From positions 1-39,569 of IMG/VR virus record IMGVR_UViG_3300025018_000275: a stretch of DNA of 39,569 nucleotides; one strand, 5' to 3'. How positions within the stretch are numbered: position 1 is the first letter of the stretch; each line of letters begins with the position of its first letter. The position numbers and the translations under genes are program-made. The DNA comes from a virus. Its lineage: Duplodnaviria > Caudoviricetes. A model generated the notes under the pieces. That model was not told the DNA's origin and did not search any database. It worked only from the letters and a program-made list of their open reading frames with translations. Shown here one piece after another: positions 1 to 6,977 of the stretch.

Positions 1-168
1 CCCGCCGGTCGTCTCCCGCCACCAGTGATACCAGTTCGACATGTACAGGCGCATCAGTTGCTAACCCGAACCTGCCGACTTCGCGGGCCGATATTCGGTG
101 GTTCGGCGTTATCGTAGGCGGCAACATCGCAAGTCACCGGAAGTTCGGGACGTTCATCGAACAGCAGC
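1..168. repeat. Terminal direct repeat, left copy (circular overlap with 39402-39569)
   Basis: Positions 1-168 equal 39402-39569 except T42 vs G39443. Confidence 0.97.
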
Positions 169-596
169 ACGGAGGCCTCCGGACTCGCCATGTCGGCAAC
201 GAGCTCTTCGTTGCAGTAAATCTTGAAGCCGGCCAGGTCATCGAGCGCCGAACCGTCGGTATTGACCGTCGGTGCCTGCCACTTTATCCCGGTCGGCGAC
301 AGTGGTGTCTTTCGCCAGGCGGGGGTTTTGACCGGCATCCACGACCAGTAAACCTGCTGACTCTCGGTCACGAGAAAGTTGCCAGGGCAATCCGATCCGG
401 CCAGCGTCGTCTTGTCGCCGACATCGATGCCGCCTCGATAGCAGCGCCAGTCAAGAGCCGATTTGCCGTAAAACTGCTGGTAACACGCCTGTCCGACGCA
501 AAGAATCGGCTCGTCTGCGTTGGCATCAGGCAGGTCGGCACGTGCGAATGCGATCGTGGCAAGAAGAACGGTTAGCAGGGAAAAGAAACGGGTCAT
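54..596 (-). CDS. Secreted/periplasmic protein with signal peptide and possible C-terminal FN3-like beta-sandwich
   Basis: N-terminus MTRFFSLLTVLLATIAFARA looks like a Sec signal ending in AxA. GGAGGA RBS upstream on the - strand. WQAPTVNTDGSALDDLAGFKIY resembles FN3-like modules. Its stop overlaps the ATG of the 39000-39455 gene across the circular junction (TGATG). Confidence 0.7.
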   Translation of the reverse strand: MTRFFSLLTVLLATIAFARADLPDANADEPILCVGQACYQQFYGKSALDWRCYRGGIDVGDKTTLAGSDCPGNFLVTESQQVYWSWMPVKTPAWRKTPLSPTGIKWQAPTVNTDGSALDDLAGFKIYCNEELVADMASPEASVLLFDERPELPVTCDVAAYDNAEPPNIGPRSRQVRVSN

Positions 597-695
597 GACT
601 TCCTCCGGGCTGAGGTTGATACAGTAAAAATACAGTACTTTTGTTGCCCGCGAAGATTATCAAAAATCCAGCATTAGCGACTGACAGAGCTCGGC

Positions 696-728
696 CATTC
701 TTATTGCATTGTTATTACATTGTTATTA
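696..728 (+). repeat. Three tandem AT-rich 11-mers, putative DNA unwinding element
   Basis: CATTCTTATTG (696-706), CATTGTTATTA (707-717), CATTGTTATTA (718-728). Confidence 0.8.
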
Positions 729-745
729 TTAAGCAGCCCGTTTTC

Positions 746-754
746 TGTGGATAA
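746..754 (-). promoter_or_regulatory. DnaA box (perfect, R1-like position)
   Basis: TGTGGATAA, i.e. TTATCCACA on the - strand. Confidence 0.85.
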
Positions 755-773
755 CTACAACAATCGATTGAAA

Positions 774-786
774 TATCAAATACTTG
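774..786 (+). promoter_or_regulatory. IHF binding site
   Basis: TATCAAATACTTG matches WATCAANNNNTTR exactly and has an AT-rich upstream flank. Confidence 0.75.
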
Positions 787-789
787 TCC

Positions 790-840
790 TGTGAATAAAG
801 CGTGGATAAAACGTGGATAAGTCGAAATTCCTGTGGATAA
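790..840 (-). promoter_or_regulatory. Array of four co-oriented DnaA boxes
   Basis: TGTGAATAA (790), CGTGGATAA (801), CGTGGATAA (812), TGTGGATAA (832). The first three are at an 11-bp period. Confidence 0.8.
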
Positions 841-899
841 CTTTCATCTTTCAGAAAAAAAACGCTGGAACCTTAAACAAACCTGGGGTTTCAACATAA

Positions 900-1142
900 T
901 CAGGCACCGGGATCGCCATCCACAAGATCAAATATCGGGTCGTGGATCGCGCCCAGGCTGAGCGCCCGGTCGTAATAAAAATAAAGGCAGCGGGCGTCAG
1001 GGCGCGACAGTGCGCTCGCGCCGACCTCGGCCCGGGACAGCGTTGAATACGAAATGCCGGTGTCCTGAGCGACCTGTCGCAGCGTCAGGCCGAGTTCCTC
1101 CCGATGCCGGCGCAAGCGGGTTTTCTGTCGGGGTTTTGCCAT
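900..1142 (-). CDS. XRE-family HTH regulator (Cro/CI-like, DNA-binding domain only)
   Basis: LRRHREELGLTLRQVAQDTGISYSTLSRAEVG is a typical HTH_XRE pattern. The gene is divergent from the early operon. Confidence 0.88.
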   Translation of the reverse strand: MAKPRQKTRLRRHREELGLTLRQVAQDTGISYSTLSRAEVGASALSRPDARCLYFYYDRALSLGAIHDPIFDLVDGDPGA

Positions 1143-1176
1143 GATCTGGATCCTTCAAAAAAAGTGACCTCGAGGG

Positions 1177-1205
1177 TTGCATGTTGCGGATGTAGCAACT
1201 AAAGT
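1177..1205 (+). promoter_or_regulatory. Rightward sigma70-like promoter whose spacer is an operator-like palindrome
   Basis: TTGCAT (1177-1182), 17 bp, TAAAGT (1200-1205). The spacer is GTTGC-N7-GCAAC (1183-1199). Confidence 0.6.
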
Positions 1206-1238
1206 GCAACAACGCTACAGCAACAACGAGGCCAGAAT

Positions 1239-1523
1239 ATGAAATCCGCAGATCTGATTCTCAAGCGCAATGCCGACGTGGAGGCGATGGCCGCCATCCT
1301 CGATATCGGTGCTGCCCGGGTCGCCGGCAAGGGCAGGCCCGCCCGGGCCGAGTGCCGGGACTACACCATGAATCGCATGTGCTCGCTGTCGCCGGCCACG
1401 CGCGCGTTCCTGGTACGGCTCGAGGCCAACACCACTGCCGAGCAGCTGGTCGCGCCGATCGAGTACGCCGGCGAGTACGTCGAGCGCATCACGGTCGGCC
1501 TGCTACGGAGGACTGCCGCATGA
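1239..1523 (+). CDS. Hypothetical protein, first early gene
   Basis: GAGG RBS. ATGA overlap with the next gene. Confidence 0.65.
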   Translation: MKSADLILKRNADVEAMAAILDIGAARVAGKGRPARAECRDYTMNRMCSLSPATRAFLVRLEANTTAEQLVAPIEYAGEYVERITVGLLRRTAA

Positions 1524-2392
1524 ACGATCAATCAGTCAAGGTGTACGCGAAGATGCACCTGCCGATGTCGGCCGAGGACGTTTCCGACCAGGTGCAGGCT
1601 ATCCAGCAGATCATGAGTCGAGTCATGAAGCCGGACGTCCATTACGGGGTCATCCCGGGAACCGGCAAGAACGCGAAGCCGACGCTGCTCAAAGCCGGCG
1701 CCGAGGCGCTGCTGTCGGCGTTTCGGATCGCCGTCGATCCGCAGATCGAAGACCTGTCGACCGAGGACGAGATACGCTACCGGGTCAAGGCGCGCGGCAT
1801 CCACATGATGACCGACACGCTGGTCGGCGTTGGCGTCGGCACGGCGTCCTCGCGTGAGGAAAAATACGCCTGGCAGGGCGCCACCGACACCGAGTACGAG
1901 GCCACCGAGACAAAAAACCGGCGAATCAAATACGGGTCGAAATGGCACCCGACCAACCGCGGCGAGCGGATTGAGACGCAGATCAAGCAGGTGCGCACGA
2001 ATCCTGCTGACAAAGAAAACACGATCCTGAAAATGGCCAAGAAGCGTGCTCAGATCGATCTTTGTCTGACCGCCCTGGCCGCGTCCGATTGCTTCTCGCA
2101 GGATCTGGAGGATCCGCACACGCTCGGCGAAGGCGCGCAGCCGCCAGCGCACCCGAAGGCCGCCAGCGCGCCACCACAGGCGCGCTCGAACGGCAATGGT
2201 GGAGGCGGCGGCCCGGGAAAAATCAGCGAAGCGCAATGCCGGCTGCTGCGCGTCAAATGCGACGATGCCGGCGTCAACGAGATCGACCTGGTCGCGCATT
2301 TCCACCTGACGGAGCTCGAGCAGATGCAGGCGTCGGAGGTCAACTCGGCGCTGGCCTGGCTCAAAGCCATTCACGAACCGCCCACCGCGTAG
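1520..2392 (+). CDS. Putative single-strand annealing protein/recombinase (Rad52/Erf/Sak-like superfamily, tentative)
   Basis: Start reassigned to ATG 1520 (GGAGG RBS). Conserved phage motifs HYGVIPG..KPTLLKAGAE and NTILKMAKKRA...SDCFSQDLED. Disordered linker plus a small C-terminal domain. Exonuclease genes lie nearby. Confidence 0.6.
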   Translation: MNDQSVKVYAKMHLPMSAEDVSDQVQAIQQIMSRVMKPDVHYGVIPGTGKNAKPTLLKAGAEALLSAFRIAVDPQIEDLSTEDEIRYRVKARGIHMMTDTLVGVGVGTASSREEKYAWQGATDTEYEATETKNRRIKYGSKWHPTNRGERIETQIKQVRTNPADKENTILKMAKKRAQIDLCLTALAASDCFSQDLEDPHTLGEGAQPPAHPKAASAPPQARSNGNGGGGGPGKISEAQCRLLRVKCDDAGVNEIDLVAHFHLTELEQMQASEVNSALAWLKAIHEPPTA

Positions 2393-2404
2393 GAGTAAAG
2401 CAAA

Positions 2405-2608
2405 ATGACCCGAGGAGAATTCGAACGCCTGGTCGAGGACGGCCCGTTCAACCTGACCGACCTGCAGGTGCAGGCGTGCAACCGCAACCAGCTGATCTCG
2501 CTGGTCGGGCTGATGCGCGCCGAGGCTTTGCGCGCCGAGGCCGCCCACGAGAGCGAGATCGATATGCTGGCAGGGATTGCCCTGCGCCGGGAACGCCGCC
2601 ATGCGTAG
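2405..2608 (+). CDS. Hypothetical protein
   Basis: AGGAG RBS. Fits operon packing. Confidence 0.65.
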   Translation: MTRGEFERLVEDGPFNLTDLQVQACNRNQLISLVGLMRAEALRAEAAHESEIDMLAGIALRRERRHA

Positions 2609-2876
2609 GCCATTTGCCGCCGATTACACCTGGCACATCAACGGCGCCGGGGACATCCACATCGTCGACCGGAATCTCGGCAACAAGTCGGTGACCAACG
2701 ACGCCGAGGGTGTCGTTGCGGACATGCTCGAGGCGGTGCGCGCGAAGTTCGGCCCGGAAGCATCGCTGGTCGGCAGGGTGATCACCTACACCGACAGCGA
2801 TGGCTCGATCGACCGCCTGCGCGTCGACGAGAACAGCCGGTTTGCCGGGTTCTCGCCGGCCCCGGTGCGCATATGA
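2601..2876 (+). CDS. Hypothetical protein
   Basis: ATG 2601 overlaps the upstream gene end. ATGA overlap downstream. Contains D..LGNKSVTNDAE.VV and YTDSDG.ID motifs. Confidence 0.65.
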   Translation: MRRPFAADYTWHINGAGDIHIVDRNLGNKSVTNDAEGVVADMLEAVRAKFGPEASLVGRVITYTDSDGSIDRLRVDENSRFAGFSPAPVRI

Positions 2877-3190
2877 GCCGGCCGGGCAAGGAGGCGCGTC
2901 GGTATACCAGCCGCGGCCGGGAGGTGCGCCTGGATCGTGCCGACAACCCGATCGAGACCGGCGTTGTCGAAACCATCCGGCGCTGTGGCGATCGGGAGAA
3001 TCTGCGCACCTACGGCGTGTTCGAGGTCAAGTTTTTTGACGACTCCGGCCGACGCAGGACCAAGACATTCAGCTACGGGCGCATCGAAACCTACACCAGG
3101 CGGCGACGCTTCGAGGCGATGCACGACGCCATCGAGTTCCGGCGCCGGTACGCGCAGGCGGTCATCAACGGGGAGAGTTTTAATCCATGA
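2873..3190 (+). CDS. AP2-like DNA-binding domain protein
   Basis: TGV...F..KF.DDSGRRRTKTFSYG...A...AIEFRR resembles phage AP2 domains. No HNH domain is attached. Confidence 0.5.
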   Translation: MSRPGKEARRYTSRGREVRLDRADNPIETGVVETIRRCGDRENLRTYGVFEVKFFDDSGRRRTKTFSYGRIETYTRRRRFEAMHDAIEFRRRYAQAVINGESFNP

Positions 3191-3414
3191 GCATGTACGA
3201 AAAAACCGAGGAATCGGTGTTCATCACGGCCAGGGTGCTGCGAACGACCGACAAGGCAATCCGCATCGCAACCCCGGATCGCGGTGGTCACGAAACGGCC
3301 TGCTGGATCCCGAAGTCGCAGATCCTGCAGTCCGATCCGCCGGAGCCGATGCCAGGCGATGAGCCGACCATGGAAATCTCCGGCTGGATCGCAGACGTAA
3401 AAGGGTTGATATGA
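3187..3414 (+). CDS. Conserved small phage protein
   Basis: TDKAI...WIPKSQI...I.GWIA..KGL pattern. ATGA overlap. Confidence 0.7.
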   Translation: MSMYEKTEESVFITARVLRTTDKAIRIATPDRGGHETACWIPKSQILQSDPPEPMPGDEPTMEISGWIADVKGLI

Positions 3415-3441
3415 CCGCCGATAATGGCATGATGTCGAAGA

Positions 3442-3494
3442 GCCGGGCGCGCTAACGCCCGGCCCTCCTGGTCAGAGCAGTCAGCAGAGGAGAC
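3442..3494. promoter_or_regulatory. Structured leader: GC hairpin plus possible anti-SD/SD pairing
   Basis: GCCGGGCG-cgctaa-CGCCCGGC (3442-3463), followed by CTCCT, which is complementary to the downstream AGGAG Shine-Dalgarno. Confidence 0.5.
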
Positions 3495-3498
3495 CGCC

Positions 3499-3543
3499 AT
3501 GACGTTCGCAAACAATACCAAATCCCCGGCCGGAGCGGTCTGA
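3499..3543 (+). CDS. 14-aa leader ORF (MTFANNTKSPAGAV) coupled to the nuclease gene
   Basis: GAGGAG RBS 6 nt upstream. Its stop overlaps the next ATG (TGATG). Confidence 0.45.
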   Translation: MTFANNTKSPAGAV

Positions 3544-4145
3544 TGCCGCTCGTCCAGGGCCTGTCGTTCGAACCGGACGACCACGTCTACCGCTATCGCG
3601 GCGCAAAAGTGCCGAGCGTCACCCAGATCCTCGAGCCATACGATGGCCTTGGCTTTGTCGACCCCGATCACCTGGCCATGCTCGCCGAGTTCGGCAACCA
3701 CGTGCACCAGGCGGTGCACCTGTGGAATATCGGCGACCTGGACGAGTCCACGCTGGCCCCGGCATTGTTGCCGTACCTGAACGGATGGCGACAGTACATC
3801 GAGGACACGCACGCCCAAATCATCGAGTCGGAAATGCGCGTGTTCAGCCCGACCATGCGCTACGCCGGCACGCTCGACTCGATCCTGCGAATCAAAAACG
3901 CCGAGCGGCTGGTGGATCTGAAAACAGGCGCGGCAATCCCGCGCACGGTCGGCCCGCAGACGGCGGCCTATGACCATGCTCGCCGAGAAGCGGCCGGCGG
4001 CCGGCTGATGAAACGCGGCTGCCTGCGCCTGACCGGCAAGGACGACGGCATTGGCTACACGTATCACCCGCTGAACGATCCGCGGGATTTCGAGGTGTTC
4101 AAGGCGGCGTTGTCGCTGCACCGTTGGCAACATGGAGAAAGGTGA
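3543..4145 (+). CDS. PD-(D/E)XK exonuclease (lambda-exo/Cas4-like phage nuclease)
   Basis: Motifs PSVTQIL, G..VH, ESE.RV, YAGTLD, LVDLKTG, Q.AAY. Confidence 0.85.
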   Translation: MPLVQGLSFEPDDHVYRYRGAKVPSVTQILEPYDGLGFVDPDHLAMLAEFGNHVHQAVHLWNIGDLDESTLAPALLPYLNGWRQYIEDTHAQIIESEMRVFSPTMRYAGTLDSILRIKNAERLVDLKTGAAIPRTVGPQTAAYDHARREAAGGRLMKRGCLRLTGKDDGIGYTYHPLNDPRDFEVFKAALSLHRWQHGER

Positions 4146-4150
4146 AAATC

Positions 4151-4717
4151 ATGAATGAAATAATGTTCTTCGATACCGAGACGACGGGGATTCCCGACTG
4201 GCGGCTGCCGTCAGACGATCCGGTTCAACCGCACCTGGTGCGCCTGGCAGCGGTTGTCGCCGATGCCGAGTCTCGCACCATCACTCAGCAGCTGGACTGT
4301 GTCGTGCGCCCGGACGGCTGGCAGATCCCGCAGGAGACGATCGACATCCACGGCATCACGATGGAAAAGGCGCAGGCCGACGGCATGCCCGAAAGCCTCG
4401 CGCTGCAAAATTTCCTCGCGCTCTGGAACGACAAGCACCGCGTCGCGCACAACACGACCTTCGACAATCGCATCATCAGGATCGCGACCAAGCGTTACAG
4501 CGACCAGGACACCATCAACGCCTGGCACAAGGGGGCCTATACCTGCACCGGGATCATGGCACGCAAGGCGATGGGCCTGAACAAAATGCCGAAGCTGACC
4601 GAGGCATACGCGCACTTCATGCGCCGTGAACTTGACAACGCCCACGACGCGATGGCTGATGCTGTTGCCTGCATGAACATCTATTTCGCCATGCAGGACA
4701 TCGAAGCGCGCGCCTGA
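4151..4717 (+). CDS. DEDDh 3'-5' exonuclease (DnaQ/Pol III epsilon-like)
   Basis: ExoI FDTETTG, ExoII AHNTTFD, ExoIII AHDAMAD. Alternative GTG start at 4142. Confidence 0.9.
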   Translation: MNEIMFFDTETTGIPDWRLPSDDPVQPHLVRLAAVVADAESRTITQQLDCVVRPDGWQIPQETIDIHGITMEKAQADGMPESLALQNFLALWNDKHRVAHNTTFDNRIIRIATKRYSDQDTINAWHKGAYTCTGIMARKAMGLNKMPKLTEAYAHFMRRELDNAHDAMADAVACMNIYFAMQDIEARA

Positions 4718-4751
4718 TCGGCCGCCGAAACCACCACCACAGGAGACGACT

Positions 4752-5687
4752 ATGGAAACCGCAAATGAACTGCCCGCCGAGGCCCGCAGCCCGGAGGTGC
4801 AGAAACTGACCAGCAGCGCCCTGCAGCTGGCCGACAATTACGAAAACTATTCGATCACCAATGCCGACGATTACCAGCTGGGTGCCGAGCATCTCAAGCA
4901 GATCAAGGCCGCGCAGGCCACGCTGAAGGGCAAACGCCTGGCAATCACCCGGCCGATGGACGCGGCCAAGAACGCGGTCATGGCGCTGTTCTCCGGGCCG
5001 CTCGCGCGCCTGGATGCAGCAGAGACACACGTCAAGCAGGCCATCGGCCAGTACCGCGACGAACAGCAGCGGATCGCCGACGCCAGGGCCCGGGCCGAGC
5101 GCGAGCGCGTCGAGAAGCAACAGCGCGAGCTGCGCGAAAAGGCTCGCAAGGCCGATGAGGCGGCGGCCAAAAAGCGCCGCGAAAAGATCGCGCGCGAGAA
5201 GGCCGAGGCCGAGGAAAAGGCCCGCATTGAACGCGAACGCCTGGCTGAGGAGCAGCGCCGGATCGATGCCGCCAAGAAACAGGCAGACGCCGAGGAGCGC
5301 GCGCGCCTGGAGGCCAAGCAGCGCCGGATCGACGAGGAACGCCGGCGCGAGGCCGAGCGAGAAGAGCAGGAGCAGGCCCGGTTGCACCAGGAGCAGATGG
5401 ACGCCGAGGCCGAGCAACTCGAGCGCACCGCGCGCGCCGAGGCGCTGGAGGCCAAGGCAGAGGCGATGGCGGCCACGCCGATCGCCAGCGAGGCGCCGAA
5501 GGTCGAGGGCATATCCGGCCGCAAGGTGTGGAAATACGCCGTTACTGATGCCGAGAAGATCCCGCGCAAATACCTGAAGATCGACGAAAAGAAACTCGGC
5601 CAGGTGGTCCGGGCCCTGAAGGACGACTGCGATATTCCGGGCATCCGGGTGTACGCAGAGACATCGATCGCGGCGCGCAAGGCGTGA
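4752..5687 (+). CDS. Long coiled-coil phage protein
   Basis: AGGAG RBS. E/K/R/A-rich helical middle. Conserved C-terminus W...V.D..KIPRKYL..DEKKL..VV...IPGI.VY. Confidence 0.75.
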   Translation: METANELPAEARSPEVQKLTSSALQLADNYENYSITNADDYQLGAEHLKQIKAAQATLKGKRLAITRPMDAAKNAVMALFSGPLARLDAAETHVKQAIGQYRDEQQRIADARARAERERVEKQQRELREKARKADEAAAKKRREKIAREKAEAEEKARIERERLAEEQRRIDAAKKQADAEERARLEAKQRRIDEERRREAEREEQEQARLHQEQMDAEAEQLERTARAEALEAKAEAMAATPIASEAPKVEGISGRKVWKYAVTDAEKIPRKYLKIDEKKLGQVVRALKDDCDIPGIRVYAETSIAARKA

Positions 5688-5989
5688 GCCAGGCGCAGCT
5701 GCAATTTAACGACGGGTATCCGGCCGGGTTTTTCTGGTGGCTCCGCAAGAACCGCCACATCTACCGGAAGTTCGTCGCGCTGTCGCTGCAGGCCAAACGG
5801 GCAGGCCAGAAACACTGGTCGGCCCGGGCGGTCATTCACGTCATGCGCTACCGGATGCAGATACGACAGCGCGGCGACCCGCTGTTTAAGATCAACAACA
5901 ATTACACGCCCGGCCTGGCACGCCTGGCAATGTCAGAAAACCCCGAGCTTTCCGGGTTTTTTCAAACCCGCGAACGCGCCGGGCAATAA
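5684..5989 (+). CDS. Conserved hypothetical phage protein (possibly DNA-binding)
   Basis: GTGA overlap. FKINNNY.P..AR..M...P...GFF..R motif. Confidence 0.7.
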   Translation: MSQAQLQFNDGYPAGFFWWLRKNRHIYRKFVALSLQAKRAGQKHWSARAVIHVMRYRMQIRQRGDPLFKINNNYTPGLARLAMSENPELSGFFQTRERAGQ

Positions 5990-6006
5990 CCACACGAGGA
6001 AATACG

Positions 6007-6648
6007 ATGAACAACATGGATCCCGCTCTGAAAAACGTTCTCGACAGCGACCCGATCATGGCATCGGCCGAAAAGGTCGGCCTGCGCCTGGTCGAAACGC
6101 TGATCAACGAGCTCACGCTGATTCCGCACCCGACGGTGAGAAACCAGTCGGTCTGGTCGGCGATGCCGGAGAACATGCAGGCCGACGTACTCGACCGCAT
6201 GCAGAGGCGCATTCGCAACGAGATCGAGCTCGGCTATGAGCAGATATTCCGGTACGAGACGCCGGCCGTGCGCGCCGAGCTTGCGAAGGTAACCTTCCAG
6301 GCCGGCAAGGTGCAGGGCACGCTGGAGATCCCGACGACGTCCAAGCACCGGCACGAGCTCTCGGATTTTGCCGGCCGCCACGTGATCGTCGTGTTGCCCG
6401 CGGACCTCGAGGAGTATTTCGAGGACATGGCCGACATCGTCGCCGAAGCCGACCAGGCCGAGCTCGATCTGAACGACCCGGACGAAAACTACGATGCCGA
6501 CGGGCCCGGCGATCTTAGCGCCGAGGAACGCCGCGCGGCCGGACTTCCGGATCCTGGCTGCAAGACCTGCGCTGGCACCGGCGAGGTGAAGGCCAGCAAC
6601 CGCGACGGCACGTTTGTGATCGAGCCTTGCCCGGTCTGCATGTCATGA
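6007..6648 (+). CDS. Hypothetical protein with C-terminal DnaJ-type Cys zinc finger
   Basis: GAGGA RBS. CKTCAGTG...CPVC at the C-terminus after an acidic linker. Confidence 0.7.
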   Translation: MNNMDPALKNVLDSDPIMASAEKVGLRLVETLINELTLIPHPTVRNQSVWSAMPENMQADVLDRMQRRIRNEIELGYEQIFRYETPAVRAELAKVTFQAGKVQGTLEIPTTSKHRHELSDFAGRHVIVVLPADLEEYFEDMADIVAEADQAELDLNDPDENYDADGPGDLSAEERRAAGLPDPGCKTCAGTGEVKASNRDGTFVIEPCPVCMS

Positions 6649-6977
6649 GCGCCGAGGCGAGGAAAAACCCGTTCGATGATCCGGTCGTGTTTGATCAGCT
6701 TCGGCATATCTCCGAGTCCGGGCGCAAGGCGGTGTGCGCTGATCAGATTGCCGTTTTTGTATCCAAATCGGACGGCACGGAGTCCGGGGTTTACTCGACG
6801 CTGTGCGTTGGCGGCGATCCGGGCAAGGACGCTAACCTGCGGATAATCATGCGGCTGGCAGAAACCATCGGAAAATTTTTGCAGGTCGCGTCCGACGGAC
6901 AGGTCAGATTGAAAATGATCTCCCCGACGAAAGAGATCGTCCTTGGCGAGACCGATATCACCGGAGAATTCAGATGA
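6645..6977 (+). CDS. Hypothetical protein
   Basis: ATGA overlaps at both ends. Confidence 0.6.
   Translation: MSAEARKNPFDDPVVFDQLRHISESGRKAVCADQIAVFVSKSDGTESGVYSTLCVGGDPGKDANLRIIMRLAETIGKFLQVASDGQVRLKMISPTKEIVLGETDITGEFR

Larger units (their letters stand above)
696..840. promoter_or_regulatory. oriC-like replication origin (DUE + DnaA boxes + IHF site)
   Basis: AT-rich intergenic region. Three tandem 11-mers at 696-728. Co-oriented DnaA boxes at 746, 790, 801, 812 and 832. IHF consensus at 774-786. Confidence 0.8.

Noticed and set aside
620-637. Possible LexA/SOS box around TACAGTAAAAATACAGTA
   Set aside because: It is a direct repeat of TACAGTA, not the inverted CTG-N10-CAG. Only one half-site is correctly oriented.
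790-840. GTGGATAA repeats as plasmid or phage iterons
   Set aside because: The repeat unit is the 9-bp DnaA box itself, not a 17-22-bp iteron, and there is no adjacent rep gene.
889-916. dif-like XerD arm (TTATGTTGAAA on the - strand, 899 to 889) next to the origin
   Set aside because: It has two mismatches to TTATGTTAAAT, and the position of the XerC arm (GCGATCCCGGT, inside the HTH gene) shows no match. A half-site alone is insufficient, though worth rechecking if the replicon proves episomal.
3543-4145. Cas4-like nuclease as evidence of a CRISPR system
   Set aside because: No repeat-spacer array or other cas genes were seen, and the four-Cys Fe-S cluster pattern is absent. It is an ordinary phage PD-(D/E)XK exonuclease.
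5050-5470. TolA-like or repeat-array appearance of the E/K/R/A-rich segment
   Set aside because: Low-complexity coiled coil with no TM anchor and no exact DNA repeat unit.
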